A stretch of DNA of 43,995 nt from a virus (taxonomy: Duplodnaviria > Caudoviricetes). The notes under the pieces were generated by a model that saw nothing but the letters and a program-made list of their open reading frames with translations, ran no database searches and was not told where the DNA came from. The translations under genes and the position numbers were made by a program. Location: the IMG/VR virus record IMGVR_UViG_3300009678_000081, positions 1 to 43,995 of that record; one strand, given 5' to 3'. Shown here in pieces: positions 8,945 to 18,021 of this stretch. How positions within the stretch are numbered: the stretch's first letter is position 1; each line of letters begins with the position of its first letter.

Positions 8945-9336
8945 GGCGGCTCGCGCTGTGGCTCTCCGCGCTCCTCGTGATCCTGTGGACGAACCCGGCG
9001 ACGAACGCTGACAGCACGGTGTGCGACGACCTCTCCATCATCCGGATACTCATGACGCACAAGGAGAGCGGGCAGTCGCACATCGTAGACGTGCCCCGGT
9101 GGTTCATCCCTCCGGACAACACGGCGCGGGACGAGCGCCCGCCATTCGGAGAGGCGGACACGGTATGGCATTCGCACCCCGGGCTCCCGGACAGTATCAA
9201 AATCTCGCTCCCGCCCGCAAGCGCGCCGTACGACTGGTGGAGGATCACGATCTTTGGAGTGGACTTCGCGGGGAACCAGAGCGACTCGAGCAACACAATC
9301 AGCGTGACCGCACCCCTACCAGGAGAGGCCGAATGA
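8941..9336 (+). CDS. Exported or membrane-anchored fibronectin type III-like protein
   Basis: N-terminal basic plus hydrophobic segment RRLALWLSALLVILW; C-terminal GVDFAGNQSDSSNTISVT typical of FN3 ends. Confidence 0.5.
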   Translation: MRRLALWLSALLVILWTNPATNADSTVCDDLSIIRILMTHKESGQSHIVDVPRWFIPPDNTARDERPPFGEADTVWHSHPGLPDSIKISLPPASAPYDWWRITIFGVDFAGNQSDSSNTISVTAPLPGEAE

Positions 9337-9596
9337 AGATCGTACCGAACTCGAAGAAGCTGCTCGTGCAGCGGCTCGCGGCCGAGGCGCCCAAGTCGTC
9401 GACGATCGTGATCCCTGAGACGGCGCAGCGCCGGTCGCAGCAGTTCAAGGTCATCGCCGTCGGGGCCGAGATCGACCTCGTGAAGCCGGGCTCGGTCGTC
9501 CTCCTCGGGCAGTACGCCGGGGCTGAGATCGAGGTCGACGGGAAGACGCTCATGTTCATCCACATCGACGAGGTCCTCGGCGTCATCGTCAAGTAA
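9333..9596 (+). CDS. groES: Co-chaperonin GroES (Cpn10)
   Basis: MKIVP...LLVQR...IVIPETAQ...VIAVG...VKPG..VLLGQYAGAEIEVDG...IDEVLGVI. Confidence 0.9.
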   Translation: MKIVPNSKKLLVQRLAAEAPKSSTIVIPETAQRRSQQFKVIAVGAEIDLVKPGSVVLLGQYAGAEIEVDGKTLMFIHIDEVLGVIVK

Positions 9597-9640
9597 AAAG
9601 AATGGCCCCCTCCTTTACTAGCGAGGGGGCCATTTAAATT
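9596..9640. terminator. Bidirectional intrinsic terminator between the convergent arms
   Basis: 12-bp perfect stem AATGGCCCCCTC (9601-9612)/GAGGGGGCCATT (9623-9634) with A/T tracts on both sides. Confidence 0.85.
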
Positions 9641-9654
9641 ATGGGGCGTTTCCT

Positions 9655-9870
9655 TTACAGGAGCGCCCACACGATCGGGGCGACCAGGATGCAGAAGAGG
9701 AGGAGTTCGATGATCACGATCCCCTCGTCCCCCTTCTTCTCGTTGACCGCGCCGTCGATCACGGTGAGCCCTTCACCGACCTTCGCGGCGACCGTGTGGT
9801 CCTTCACCCCGAAGACGCGGAGGAGCGGGCGAAGGAGCACGATCTTGTGGAGCAGTCTACTTAGACTCAT
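9655..9870 (-). CDS. Small membrane protein (lysis-associated?)
   Basis: C-terminal hydrophobic helix IVIIELLLFCILVAPIVWALL; last gene of the late operon. Confidence 0.55.
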   Translation of the reverse strand: MSLSRLLHKIVLLRPLLRVFGVKDHTVAAKVGEGLTVIDGAVNEKKGDEGIVIIELLLFCILVAPIVWALL

Positions 9871-10060
9871 CTACGACTCCGAGCAGGTTCGCGGCGATGA
9901 CCTTCTTGATCGCGGAGACCACGAGGGGCGTGGCCACGACTACCAGCGACTTGAGGGACCAAAGCTGCGGGTCGGTCGAGGTCTCCAGAAACGTGACGAG
10001 CGCCAGGGCCAGCGCCGCCGCGACTCCGTAGACCAACTTCCAGAACAGTGACAGAAGCAT
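9857..10060 (-). CDS. Putative holin (two TM helices)
   Basis: 67 aa, two hydrophobic segments, charged C-terminus, AGGAGG RBS. Confidence 0.6.
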   Translation of the reverse strand: MLLSLFWKLVYGVAAALALALVTFLETSTDPQLWSLKSLVVVATPLVVSAIKKVIAANLLGVVDESK

Positions 10061-10077
10061 TGCGTCCTCCTGCGCCG

Positions 10078-10305
10078 CTAGGCGCCGTGTTCGCGCTCGA
10101 TGACGCGGTCCAGTTTGGACTCGATCCGCTCGAGCGACTCCTTTGTGTTCTTCGCGTTCTCGTTGAGCGCGGCGATCGCCGCCGCGTGATTCGCGTTCTG
10201 CCTCGTGTGCTCGTCCTGGAGCTTCACGACGCGCGCCGTGACGACGGACCCGATCGTGACGACGCCGCCGACTATGTACATGACCCAGTCCTCGAACGTC
10301 CTCAC
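10078..10305 (-). CDS. Holin/XhlA-like protein (one TM helix plus coiled coil)
   Basis: N-terminal TM segment then ...LERIESKLDRVIE, a common phage lysis-region pattern. Confidence 0.55.
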   Translation of the reverse strand: MRTFEDWVMYIVGGVVTIGSVVTARVVKLQDEHTRQNANHAAAIAALNENAKNTKESLERIESKLDRVIEREHGA

Positions 10306-12767
10306 TTTTTGACCCTCGCTTTGCGGCGCGCCTTGCTGATGGCGCGGATGCGCTTCACGATCTTGTTGATCTGCTGACGGTACTGCTCGCCCTTCGCGCG
10401 GTCGCCGCGCTTGAACGCGGACCGCATCCGGGCCTTCGTGTCCCGCAGCTTGAACTTCAAGTCCTCGAGGTCCGCGTCGCTCCGGCCGCGCTTCACCGGG
10501 TTCGCGAACCGAACCCCTCCAGCCTCCTGCACGAGCCGCTTCACGCCCTCCATCGCCCCCTCGTTCTGCACCCCGCGGATCGCCTCCTTCCCCTGCCGCA
10601 CGACCGGGAACATGTCGCTCGCGATCTCGGCCCGCGGCTTCTCCTCGCCCGTGAGTACGTTCCGCCCAGTCCCTAGGGACACGGCGACGCCCGCCGGCAC
10701 GAACTGCTGGAAGCCCTGCTCGACCGCGCTCGAGACCGACTCCCCGATGGACTCCATCGGTGACGTGCGGCCCTCGACGACGTCGGCCACGCGCGCCGGG
10801 AGGTTGCTCACGCCGAACATCTGCGCGACCTCCTCGGGCATGAAGTACCGCATCCGGAGGACGATCGGCTTCCCGTTACGGTCCACGGCCGGCTCGCTCG
10901 GGTTCTCCGGGTTCGGCGCGATGATGTGCATCGCGTACCGGTCGCGCTTCCGGAGCGCCATCTCGACGCGCCGGTACTCCTCGTTCTGCCGGTTCCACAT
11001 GAAGGCCGCCGTCGGGACGCCGAGGACGCCCGCCCAGGCGCGCCCCCTCGAGCCCGGCGTCGTGAGGAGCTTCCCGGTCCGTTCGGACGCGAGCCCCATG
11101 AACTGCCAGAAGGGCGCGATCCAGCGCGTGAGGTTCCCGCGCGTGACCGCGGGGGCCCCCGCCCCGTAGGGCAGGGTTATCGCTCGGCCGACTCGTGCGA
11201 ACTCGGACGGGTCTCCAGTCTTCGCTTCGGCTGCGAGGCCCGCCGCGATCCGCGGGGACATCTCCACCGCGAGGCGCGCCCGGCGCATGACGTTCGCGGC
11301 GCGGGACCCGATGTCCGTCCTCTGCTCGACGCCCGACGCCTCCGCGAGGTTCGCGGGGACGGACTGCCCGGAGACGTCCTGGACGTACGTCGCCGACCCG
11401 AGCCCCTCCTGTACCGCGCGGTCGAAGACTGCTGACTCTCGGCCGAAGGCGCCGCGCGCGGATTCCATGAAGGCCTGCGGGTAGAAGCGGAGGAAACCTC
11501 CCACGTTCGACTTCTCGCCCGGGAGGCCCATGAGGCCGATCCCGAAGTCGGACCCTAGGTTCAGGGCCGTGTTGGCGGGGTTGTAGACGGTGAACCAGCG
11601 CGCGAGCATCCGGCCCGCCTTGTACGCGGTCTCGCCGGCCTGCCCGGGGCGCTCAGGGTAGAAGTTCTGGAGGCGCCGCGCCATGTCCTCGGGGATGACG
11701 AACCCGCCCGGGGAGAGGACCTTCGGGTCCGCCCCGAGGGCGTCGGCGACGCCGGAGGCGACCTGTGCGTCCGCGTCGGGCGTCTTCCACCCGGGCATGC
11801 CGGGGCGCGGGCGGTAGCTGACCCATCCCTTCGGGAGGCGGTCGCCCGGCTTGAAGTCGGCCGTCCGGTTGATGGCCGGGTCCGAGAGGACGCGCGCGAC
11901 GAGCTTGTCGCCGGCGATCTTCTCGTTGAAGTCCTTGAGGACGGTCCGGAGGACCTGGACCATGTTCGTCTCGGTAACGCCGCCCGTCATCGTCCGGCGC
12001 TCCATCGCGGCGAGGACCTCGCCCCCGACGGACTGGTCCCCGTACGCCTCGGAGAGTCCGCGCGCCATCTCCATGACCTGCTGGCGCGGCGTCCAGTCCT
12101 TCCGGTACCGGTTCGGCGTGATGAGCCCGTACCGGACCATCTCGTTGAAGAGTTCGTCCGCGACGACGCGGAAGCCCTGCGAGGCCTGGACCGCGTCGGG
12201 GTGCTTGCGTAGCTCGCCCGTCACGTCCTGGAGGGCGCCCTCGATCTCGTCGAGCGTCGAGCCCCCGCGCCCGTACACGGGCGTCTTCGGGTCCTTGACG
12301 AACTTCGAGTGGAGGTCGCTGAACTCGTCCGCGAGCGTGAGGTAGTCGCTCATGAGGCGCGCCTTCGTCCCGACGTCTCCGTCGAGCTTGGACGTCACGC
12401 GCTGGTGAACGGCCGCGTCGGCCCGCTCCTGCGCGGACGACACCTCGTACCTCGCGTCCAGGAACATCTCCTGGTACTCCTTGGGGAGGTTCGGCTCTGC
12501 CGTGAAGAGTCCGCCCACGGCCTGCTTCGCGCCCTGGACGCGCTCGCCCGCGGTCGGTTTGTCCGGTGCGCGGGTCGCGCGGACGAACGGCTTGAGTTTC
12601 TCCGGGCCCGCGAACGGGACGTCCGGCATGTGCTGCGCGATCTCGGGGACTTCCCCCGCGAGTTGCGCGCTCGTCTTCGCCGCGGCCTCAGCGACGGGAG
12701 TCGTCCGGACGTTACGGAGCGCGTCCGTGATCAGTCCGATGACTTCACTTACTGGGATTCGCGGCAC
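10302..12767 (-). CDS. Large putative internal virion/ejection protein
   Basis: 821 aa, helical, at the distal end of the podovirus-like structural operon; C-terminal part resembles large polyvalent (LPD38-type) proteins. Confidence 0.6.
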   Translation of the reverse strand: MPRIPVSEVIGLITDALRNVRTTPVAEAAAKTSAQLAGEVPEIAQHMPDVPFAGPEKLKPFVRATRAPDKPTAGERVQGAKQAVGGLFTAEPNLPKEYQEMFLDARYEVSSAQERADAAVHQRVTSKLDGDVGTKARLMSDYLTLADEFSDLHSKFVKDPKTPVYGRGGSTLDEIEGALQDVTGELRKHPDAVQASQGFRVVADELFNEMVRYGLITPNRYRKDWTPRQQVMEMARGLSEAYGDQSVGGEVLAAMERRTMTGGVTETNMVQVLRTVLKDFNEKIAGDKLVARVLSDPAINRTADFKPGDRLPKGWVSYRPRPGMPGWKTPDADAQVASGVADALGADPKVLSPGGFVIPEDMARRLQNFYPERPGQAGETAYKAGRMLARWFTVYNPANTALNLGSDFGIGLMGLPGEKSNVGGFLRFYPQAFMESARGAFGRESAVFDRAVQEGLGSATYVQDVSGQSVPANLAEASGVEQRTDIGSRAANVMRRARLAVEMSPRIAAGLAAEAKTGDPSEFARVGRAITLPYGAGAPAVTRGNLTRWIAPFWQFMGLASERTGKLLTTPGSRGRAWAGVLGVPTAAFMWNRQNEEYRRVEMALRKRDRYAMHIIAPNPENPSEPAVDRNGKPIVLRMRYFMPEEVAQMFGVSNLPARVADVVEGRTSPMESIGESVSSAVEQGFQQFVPAGVAVSLGTGRNVLTGEEKPRAEIASDMFPVVRQGKEAIRGVQNEGAMEGVKRLVQEAGGVRFANPVKRGRSDADLEDLKFKLRDTKARMRSAFKRGDRAKGEQYRQQINKIVKRIRAISKARRKARVKK

Positions 12768-15700
12768 CGAGCCACTCCTTCAAGGCCTTCTTGGCCTCCG
12801 TTAGGGAGAGCGTGACGGCCGCCTCGTGGCCCGTCGGTACGACGCCCACGAACGATCCGCCCTCTCCGAGTTCTCCGATGGACTGCTGCTTCGCGATGTT
12901 GCCGAGGTGGAGCGCGCGTTCCCGCTCGGGGACGACGACGCCGACCTCGATGTGCATCTTCCCCTCGTCGACCCACGTCCCTACGACGAACTGCGGGTGC
13001 GCGCCGCTCGCCTCCGCGACCTTGCGGAGGGACGGGAGGAACGAGTCGACGACCTTCCTGACGGCGTTCGGCATGGCCTTCTCGGCGTCGATCGACTCAC
13101 CCCCGAGCGCGACGGAGAAGCCGGGCTTGTCGTACGCGCGCGACGTGCCGGGGTAGAAGGTGCCGCCCCCGTTCTCGCGCGTCTGCTTGATGATCGAGGC
13201 CTCGCTCGTGAAGGCGCCGCGCTTCCGGAGGAAGTTCCCGGTGACGTCCTCGTAGGGCCGCATGGACCCCATCGTCATCTCGAGCTTCTCGCCCTTCCCG
13301 AGCGGTCCGAGGACCTGCTCCGAGATGCGGGCGTCGGCCCACATAGCGGCCTGGACCTGCCGCGGCGTCATGCCCTCGCGCGCCGCGATCTCGCGGATGA
13401 TGGACTTCGCGGCCTCCTTCTCCTTCACGCGCATCGTCTCGCCGCCCGTCAGGTACCGGTTCATCCAGACGTCGAGCGTGACGCTGTTCACGTCCTCTCC
13501 CCGCACGTTCCGCACGAACTCCGAGACCTTGGGCGCGCCGGCCTTGGACGCGAACGTCCTGACCTCTGGGTTCGCGCCCGTCCTCGCCTCCTCGGCGAAG
13601 TACCGCGCGAACATCGCGTCCATGTTCGGGCCGAAGCCCTTGGGTAGCTGGCCCGTCTGGTGCATCGCGAACGCCTGGAGCGCGAGGTTCACGTTCGAGT
13701 CGATGTTCCGGTTCGCGCTCGTGATCGCGAGGAAGTCCGCGAAGCGCGACGCGTCCTCGGTCGAGCCGAACATCTCGACGAGCTTCGGGTACGTGTTGTC
13801 GTACCAGTCGTGCCCGACCCACCCGCCCTTCTTGATGCGGTCGACGGCGTCGAAGAGGCCCTCCTTGAGGGCGCCCTCGCGCGTCACGATCTTCGCGAGC
13901 GTGTCGCCGTAGTTCTCCTCGACGGCGGTGAAGAGGGACCGGAGCATGACGATCTTGCCCTCGCCGGCGCCGGACGCGCGCATCTCGTCCGCCATATCCT
14001 TCGCCCACATGAGGTACGTCTGCTCCTTGTCGAGGCCCATCTTGGCCGCGAGGTACATCGTCCGCGCGAACTTCCCGAGGCCGATCTCGGCCCACTCCTC
14101 CATGCCCGGGGGCGCGCCCGTGAACGCGTGGAGGGCGCCGCGGTTCGACGCTAGCCGCGCCTGCGCGCCGGCCTCCATGCGGTTGATCGCTGCGATGAAG
14201 CCGTCCATCCGAGGGCTCAGGTCCGAGGGCCCGGCGATCCCGTACTTCCACTCGCCGCTCGGCATCTGCGTTCGCGTGACGATCTTGTCGTTCTCGGTGT
14301 AACCGATGATCTCGTGCGCGCGCCCGACCTCGTCGAACGCCTGGTCCCCGACCTTGTACGAGTGCGAGACCATCCGCCCCATCATCGAGCGCGGCGTGTT
14401 CGTGACCTTGACGTGCGGGAACATCTCCTGGGCCACGCGCAGCCCGACGGTCCTGTCCGCGTCGTACGCGGCGCCGCCGCCCAGGTGGATCGGGCCCTCG
14501 CCCGACTCGAGGACGATCGGCTCGGGGACCTCGTTCGCGAGGTTCGCGCGCGCCTCGGGTGAGGCCCACTTCTCCGCGCGTGCGCGCTGGCGAACCTCCT
14601 CGATGGACTGGCCGGACTCGATCGCGATGCGCCGGAGCTTCGAGAGGAAGCGCGCGTCGTCCTCGGACTTCGCGAGGCGGGCCCGCGTCTGCTCCGGGAC
14701 GGTGAGCGCGACGTCCTTCATCGCGGGCACGAGGGACTTCGGCTCGAGTTGCTTCGTGAGGGCGGCCGTGCCTGCGGCGTCGTTGACCACCCCGAGGTTG
14801 CCGAGGATGTGGATCGCGGCCGTCTCGGGAGGCATGGCCCCATCCTGCGCCATCCGCACGAAGTGCTGGACCTGCTCCGGCAGGGCGCCGTCCTTCTGGT
14901 AGGAGAGCGCGATGCGCTCACCCGGCGAGAGCGTGTCCCCTGGGAAGTCTGAGAGGACCCTCTCGGCCTTCATGCCCTGGACGGCCTTCTCGCCGATGGC
15001 GCGCTGCATGAGCCGCCCCAGGCCGACGAGTGGCGCTCCGAGGCCGACGGTGGCGCCCGCTCCGATGAGGCCCCCTAGGGCGGTACGCCGCGCTACTTCC
15101 TCCGTCGCCTCTCCAGCTAGTGTAGCATCTACCCCCTCGTACGTTGCTCCCCACCCGGCGCCCTCGGCACCGAGCCGGGCGAAGACGTTCGTGAACCCGG
15201 GGATTTTTATGACGCGCGCCATCTCGCCGCCCGCGATGCCCCACCCGATCGTGTCGAGCGTCTCGCGCGCGATCCGGCGGACGGCCTCCTTCTCGAGCTT
15301 GTCCTGCTCGGCGGCCCCGGCGAAGCGTACGTTGTAGACCTCCGGCGCGACCTCCTCCTGCGTGAGCCCGTGCGCGGCGACCCACTGGAGCAGGCCCGGG
15401 AGGGGCGTGCTGAACGACTGGATGAGGCCCTTGCCGAATGCCTTCCCTACGTCCCCGACCTTCTTGCCGAGGGCCTTGCGCTCCTCGACGCCGGGGACGC
15501 CAGAGATTTCGACGCCCTTCATCTTGGCGGGCGCGACGCGGACGTTCTTGAGGGAGAGGCGCTCCTTCGTCGGGCGGCCTGCCTCGGTAGAGCGGCGGTC
15601 GGCCTCGGACTGGAGGGACCCGCGCATCTGCTCGGCCATGACGGTCCGAGCGCCGCCCATGAAGTCCTGGGGCGACATGTCGGCGCCGTACGCCTGGTGC

Positions 15701-15861
15701 GCGGCCTCGAGTACCTCAGCCTCCGTCAGGTCGGCCATATCGGGGCCGAGCTTGTTCCTGATGAGGGAAACGAGACCGGAGTGGACCGCCTTCGCGTTGG
15801 GGTCCTTGAACTCCGCTAGCTCGTACGGACTGATCTGTTCTTCCTGCTCTTCGTCGGCCAC
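12745..15861 (-). CDS. Large putative internal virion/ejection protein carrying an HhH (OGG1-like) DNA glycosylase-like domain
   Basis: 1038 aa; Gly/Ala-rich hydrophobic N-terminal region; WY...LAITS.N...PKVSEF.RN..G....VTLDVWMNR...QVQAAMW domain. Confidence 0.65.
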   Translation of the reverse strand: MADEEQEEQISPYELAEFKDPNAKAVHSGLVSLIRNKLGPDMADLTEAEVLEAAHQAYGADMSPQDFMGGARTVMAEQMRGSLQSEADRRSTEAGRPTKERLSLKNVRVAPAKMKGVEISGVPGVEERKALGKKVGDVGKAFGKGLIQSFSTPLPGLLQWVAAHGLTQEEVAPEVYNVRFAGAAEQDKLEKEAVRRIARETLDTIGWGIAGGEMARVIKIPGFTNVFARLGAEGAGWGATYEGVDATLAGEATEEVARRTALGGLIGAGATVGLGAPLVGLGRLMQRAIGEKAVQGMKAERVLSDFPGDTLSPGERIALSYQKDGALPEQVQHFVRMAQDGAMPPETAAIHILGNLGVVNDAAGTAALTKQLEPKSLVPAMKDVALTVPEQTRARLAKSEDDARFLSKLRRIAIESGQSIEEVRQRARAEKWASPEARANLANEVPEPIVLESGEGPIHLGGGAAYDADRTVGLRVAQEMFPHVKVTNTPRSMMGRMVSHSYKVGDQAFDEVGRAHEIIGYTENDKIVTRTQMPSGEWKYGIAGPSDLSPRMDGFIAAINRMEAGAQARLASNRGALHAFTGAPPGMEEWAEIGLGKFARTMYLAAKMGLDKEQTYLMWAKDMADEMRASGAGEGKIVMLRSLFTAVEENYGDTLAKIVTREGALKEGLFDAVDRIKKGGWVGHDWYDNTYPKLVEMFGSTEDASRFADFLAITSANRNIDSNVNLALQAFAMHQTGQLPKGFGPNMDAMFARYFAEEARTGANPEVRTFASKAGAPKVSEFVRNVRGEDVNSVTLDVWMNRYLTGGETMRVKEKEAAKSIIREIAAREGMTPRQVQAAMWADARISEQVLGPLGKGEKLEMTMGSMRPYEDVTGNFLRKRGAFTSEASIIKQTRENGGGTFYPGTSRAYDKPGFSVALGGESIDAEKAMPNAVRKVVDSFLPSLRKVAEASGAHPQFVVGTWVDEGKMHIEVGVVVPERERALHLGNIAKQQSIGELGEGGSFVGVVPTGHEAAVTLSLTEAKKALKEWLGAANPSK

Positions 15862-15869
15862 TTGGGCTC

Positions 15870-16877
15870 CTACTTTTGGAAGAGGGCGGACCCGCGGAGG
15901 CGCTCCGCTGCGGACTTCACTTTATCTGACACCGTCGCCGACGGCGTCGATGGCGGGGTCGGCGGCGTCACCGGGGCCGTCGTGCCGCCCGCGCTGAACT
16001 CCTGCCTGACCGCGTCGTACATCTCCGTGATCTGCGCGTGAATCTCGGCCTCGCGCTCCGAGATGTCCTCGGGTGAGTTGACGGCCTCGCCGGCGATGTC
16101 CTTCGCGCCGCGGTAGTCGTCCATCTCGGCGCGTAGCTCGGCGACGCGCGCGTTGACCTGGGCCATGCGGGCCCGCTGCGCCGGCGTCATCGCCTTGCTC
16201 TCGGCCTCCTTCTTGAACTGGTTCTGCAGCCGAATCTGCTTTTCGCGAAGCTGCGCGCGGAGGCGGATGTTCGACTGCGTGTTCGCTTGTGTAGTCGCGG
16301 CCTTACTCTCGGCCGCCGCGGCCGTCGCCTCGCGTAGCTCCTTCGCCTTCTGGCGCTCGAGCGAGTAGAGGGCCTTGTTGTGCTGGAACGTCTTGTCGAG
16401 GTCGCCCATCTCGGCGGCCTTGTCGCGCTGCGCCTCGAGTAGGTTCTTGTGGAGTTCCTCCGTCGTGCCGAACTGCGCGAGCGAGAAGTTCTGCTCGGAC
16501 CGCTGGTTCGTCGCGATGGCGCGCTCGCGCTCGTTCGCGAGGGACGAGAGCGTGTTCTGGAGGCCGGCGACTGCGCCGCCCCCGCCGCCCTGCGCCTGGT
16601 TCAGGTGCGCGAAGAATCCCGCGAGGGACGCCATGAGGGGGTTCGCCGCCTCGGGGACGGGGACGGGAGGGATCGGGTTCTGGAGCCCGCCCTGTCGGTC
16701 GATCGCTTGGTTGACCATCCCGACGGTCGCGGCGTAGCGCTCCTCCGCGGCCTTCCTCGAGGCGTCGAGGGCCGGCGTCATGGCCTCGTCGAACTCGGAG
16801 AAGAAGCTGGAGGGGCCGCCGGCCGGTGCTCCCGGCCCGCCGCCGCCGGAGAGGAAGGGGTGTCCGTACGCGCCCAT
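15870..16877 (-). CDS. Putative ejection protein (coiled coil)
   Basis: 335 aa, A/Q/E/R-rich helical, within the ejectosome-like cluster. Confidence 0.55.
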   Translation of the reverse strand: MGAYGHPFLSGGGGPGAPAGGPSSFFSEFDEAMTPALDASRKAAEERYAATVGMVNQAIDRQGGLQNPIPPVPVPEAANPLMASLAGFFAHLNQAQGGGGGAVAGLQNTLSSLANERERAIATNQRSEQNFSLAQFGTTEELHKNLLEAQRDKAAEMGDLDKTFQHNKALYSLERQKAKELREATAAAAESKAATTQANTQSNIRLRAQLREKQIRLQNQFKKEAESKAMTPAQRARMAQVNARVAELRAEMDDYRGAKDIAGEAVNSPEDISEREAEIHAQITEMYDAVRQEFSAGGTTAPVTPPTPPSTPSATVSDKVKSAAERLRGSALFQK

Positions 16878-16879
16878 CG

Positions 16880-17533
16880 TTACCTCCCGAAGCCGACGTT
16901 GAACTGCCGGTCGAACGGGTCAGAGCCCGTCATCATGGTGTCGGCGCCGACGCGACGCATCGGGGCCGTGACTACGGACGTCGTCGGCGTGAACGCGCCC
17001 GACGGTGCCGGGGCCGCGCCGTTCGGCGTCCTGCTCGCCTGCATGGCCGTGAGGCCCGTGGCCGCCGCGCCCGTGAAGGCCTGCCCGAACTGCTGCGCGA
17101 GCGTGGGCCGGTTCTGCGCGCCGAGCGCGCTCTGGCCCCAGATGCCCGCCCGCATCCCGAGGTTCTCCCTCGCGGCCTGGAGAGCAGAGTTCCAGAGGTT
17201 CGCGCGCGCGCCAAGCTGGAGGTTCGTGCCGAAGCCGCGCGAGACGGCGCTCGTGAGCGCGCCGACGCCGCTCCCGCCGAGGCCGGCCTTCGCCAGGTTC
17301 GCCCGCGTGCGCTGCCCCGCAAGTGCGCCGGACTCCGACGCGGAGTTCAGCATCGCGGCGAAGGCGGGCGAGGCCTGGAGCGTGTTGAAGAGCGTCTGCG
17401 TGTCGCCCGCGAGCGCGTTCGGCCCGAAGAGGCGGGCGAGCAGCGCCGGGTCTATCGCTTTCTGCCCGCCTCCTCCACCGAGGAAGCCGCCGAGCCCCCC
17501 CAGTAGCGAGAGGCCGATTGTGAGTGGGTTCAT
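16880..17533 (-). CDS. Putative ejection/pilot protein
   Basis: N-terminus MNPLTIGLSLLGGLGGFLGGGGG, Gly/Ala-rich like podovirus small ejection proteins; AAGGAG RBS. Confidence 0.6.
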   Translation of the reverse strand: MNPLTIGLSLLGGLGGFLGGGGGQKAIDPALLARLFGPNALAGDTQTLFNTLQASPAFAAMLNSASESGALAGQRTRANLAKAGLGGSGVGALTSAVSRGFGTNLQLGARANLWNSALQAARENLGMRAGIWGQSALGAQNRPTLAQQFGQAFTGAAATGLTAMQASRTPNGAAPAPSGAFTPTTSVVTAPMRRVGADTMMTGSDPFDRQFNVGFGR

Positions 17534-17562
17534 GCGTGTCTCCTTACGGGTGGGAAGTGTCA

Positions 17563-17632
17563 GTTCCCCGCCAGGGTTTTACGTGTTCCCTGAACCTTCC
17601 CTCACGTCGAGGGGATCGGCGCTGCGGGGAAC
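17563..17632 (-). other. Predicted three-way-junction RNA structure in an intergenic gap
   Basis: Outer stem GTTCCCCGC/GCGGGGAAC enclosing hairpins CAGGG/CCCTG and CCCTC/GAGGG. Confidence 0.55.
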
Positions 17633-17637
17633 AAGCT

Positions 17638-18018
17638 CTAGTACAGGAATCCGAAGAGGTAGACCGTGTTCGTTGCGCCGCCAGATTGGTTCGTGACCTG
17701 GGCCTCGATCACGGTGCCCGCGGCGTAGGACTTACTCTTGAGGGGCGTAGTGTTCGGGATAGGGACGAGGATCACGGCGTCGTTCGCAGCGTCCAGATTC
17801 GAGAGCGTGTTGACCGCGAGGAAGTCCGTCTCGGTGCCGTTCGCGCCGATCGAGAGGCCCGTCGTTGCGCCCGCGTCCGCCCCGGCGACCACAATGGCCT
17901 TCGTGAGGACGCACCGCTTCCCCGTAGGAACGGTGAATAGGGTCGTGTCCGCGTTCGCGTTGAACGCGACAGTCGTCGCGGAGAGTAGTGTGTCGGCTTT
18001 GGTGTTCAGTGCGGGCAT
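17638..18018 (-). CDS. Putative virion structural protein (tail-fibre associated)
   Basis: 126-aa beta-rich, Thr/Ala-rich ORF directly after the tail fibre. Confidence 0.55.
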   Translation of the reverse strand: MPALNTKADTLLSATTVAFNANADTTLFTVPTGKRCVLTKAIVVAGADAGATTGLSIGANGTETDFLAVNTLSNLDAANDAVILVPIPNTTPLKSKSYAAGTVIEAQVTNQSGGATNTVYLFGFLY

Positions 18019-18021
18019 GGG

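Noticed and set aside
17563-17632. GTTCCCCGC...GCGGGGA resembles a type I-E CRISPR repeat; the junction also suggested a hammerhead ribozyme
   Set aside because: The arms are separated by ~50 nt, with no repeat-spacer array and no cas genes; the hammerhead core CUGAnGA/GAAA is absent
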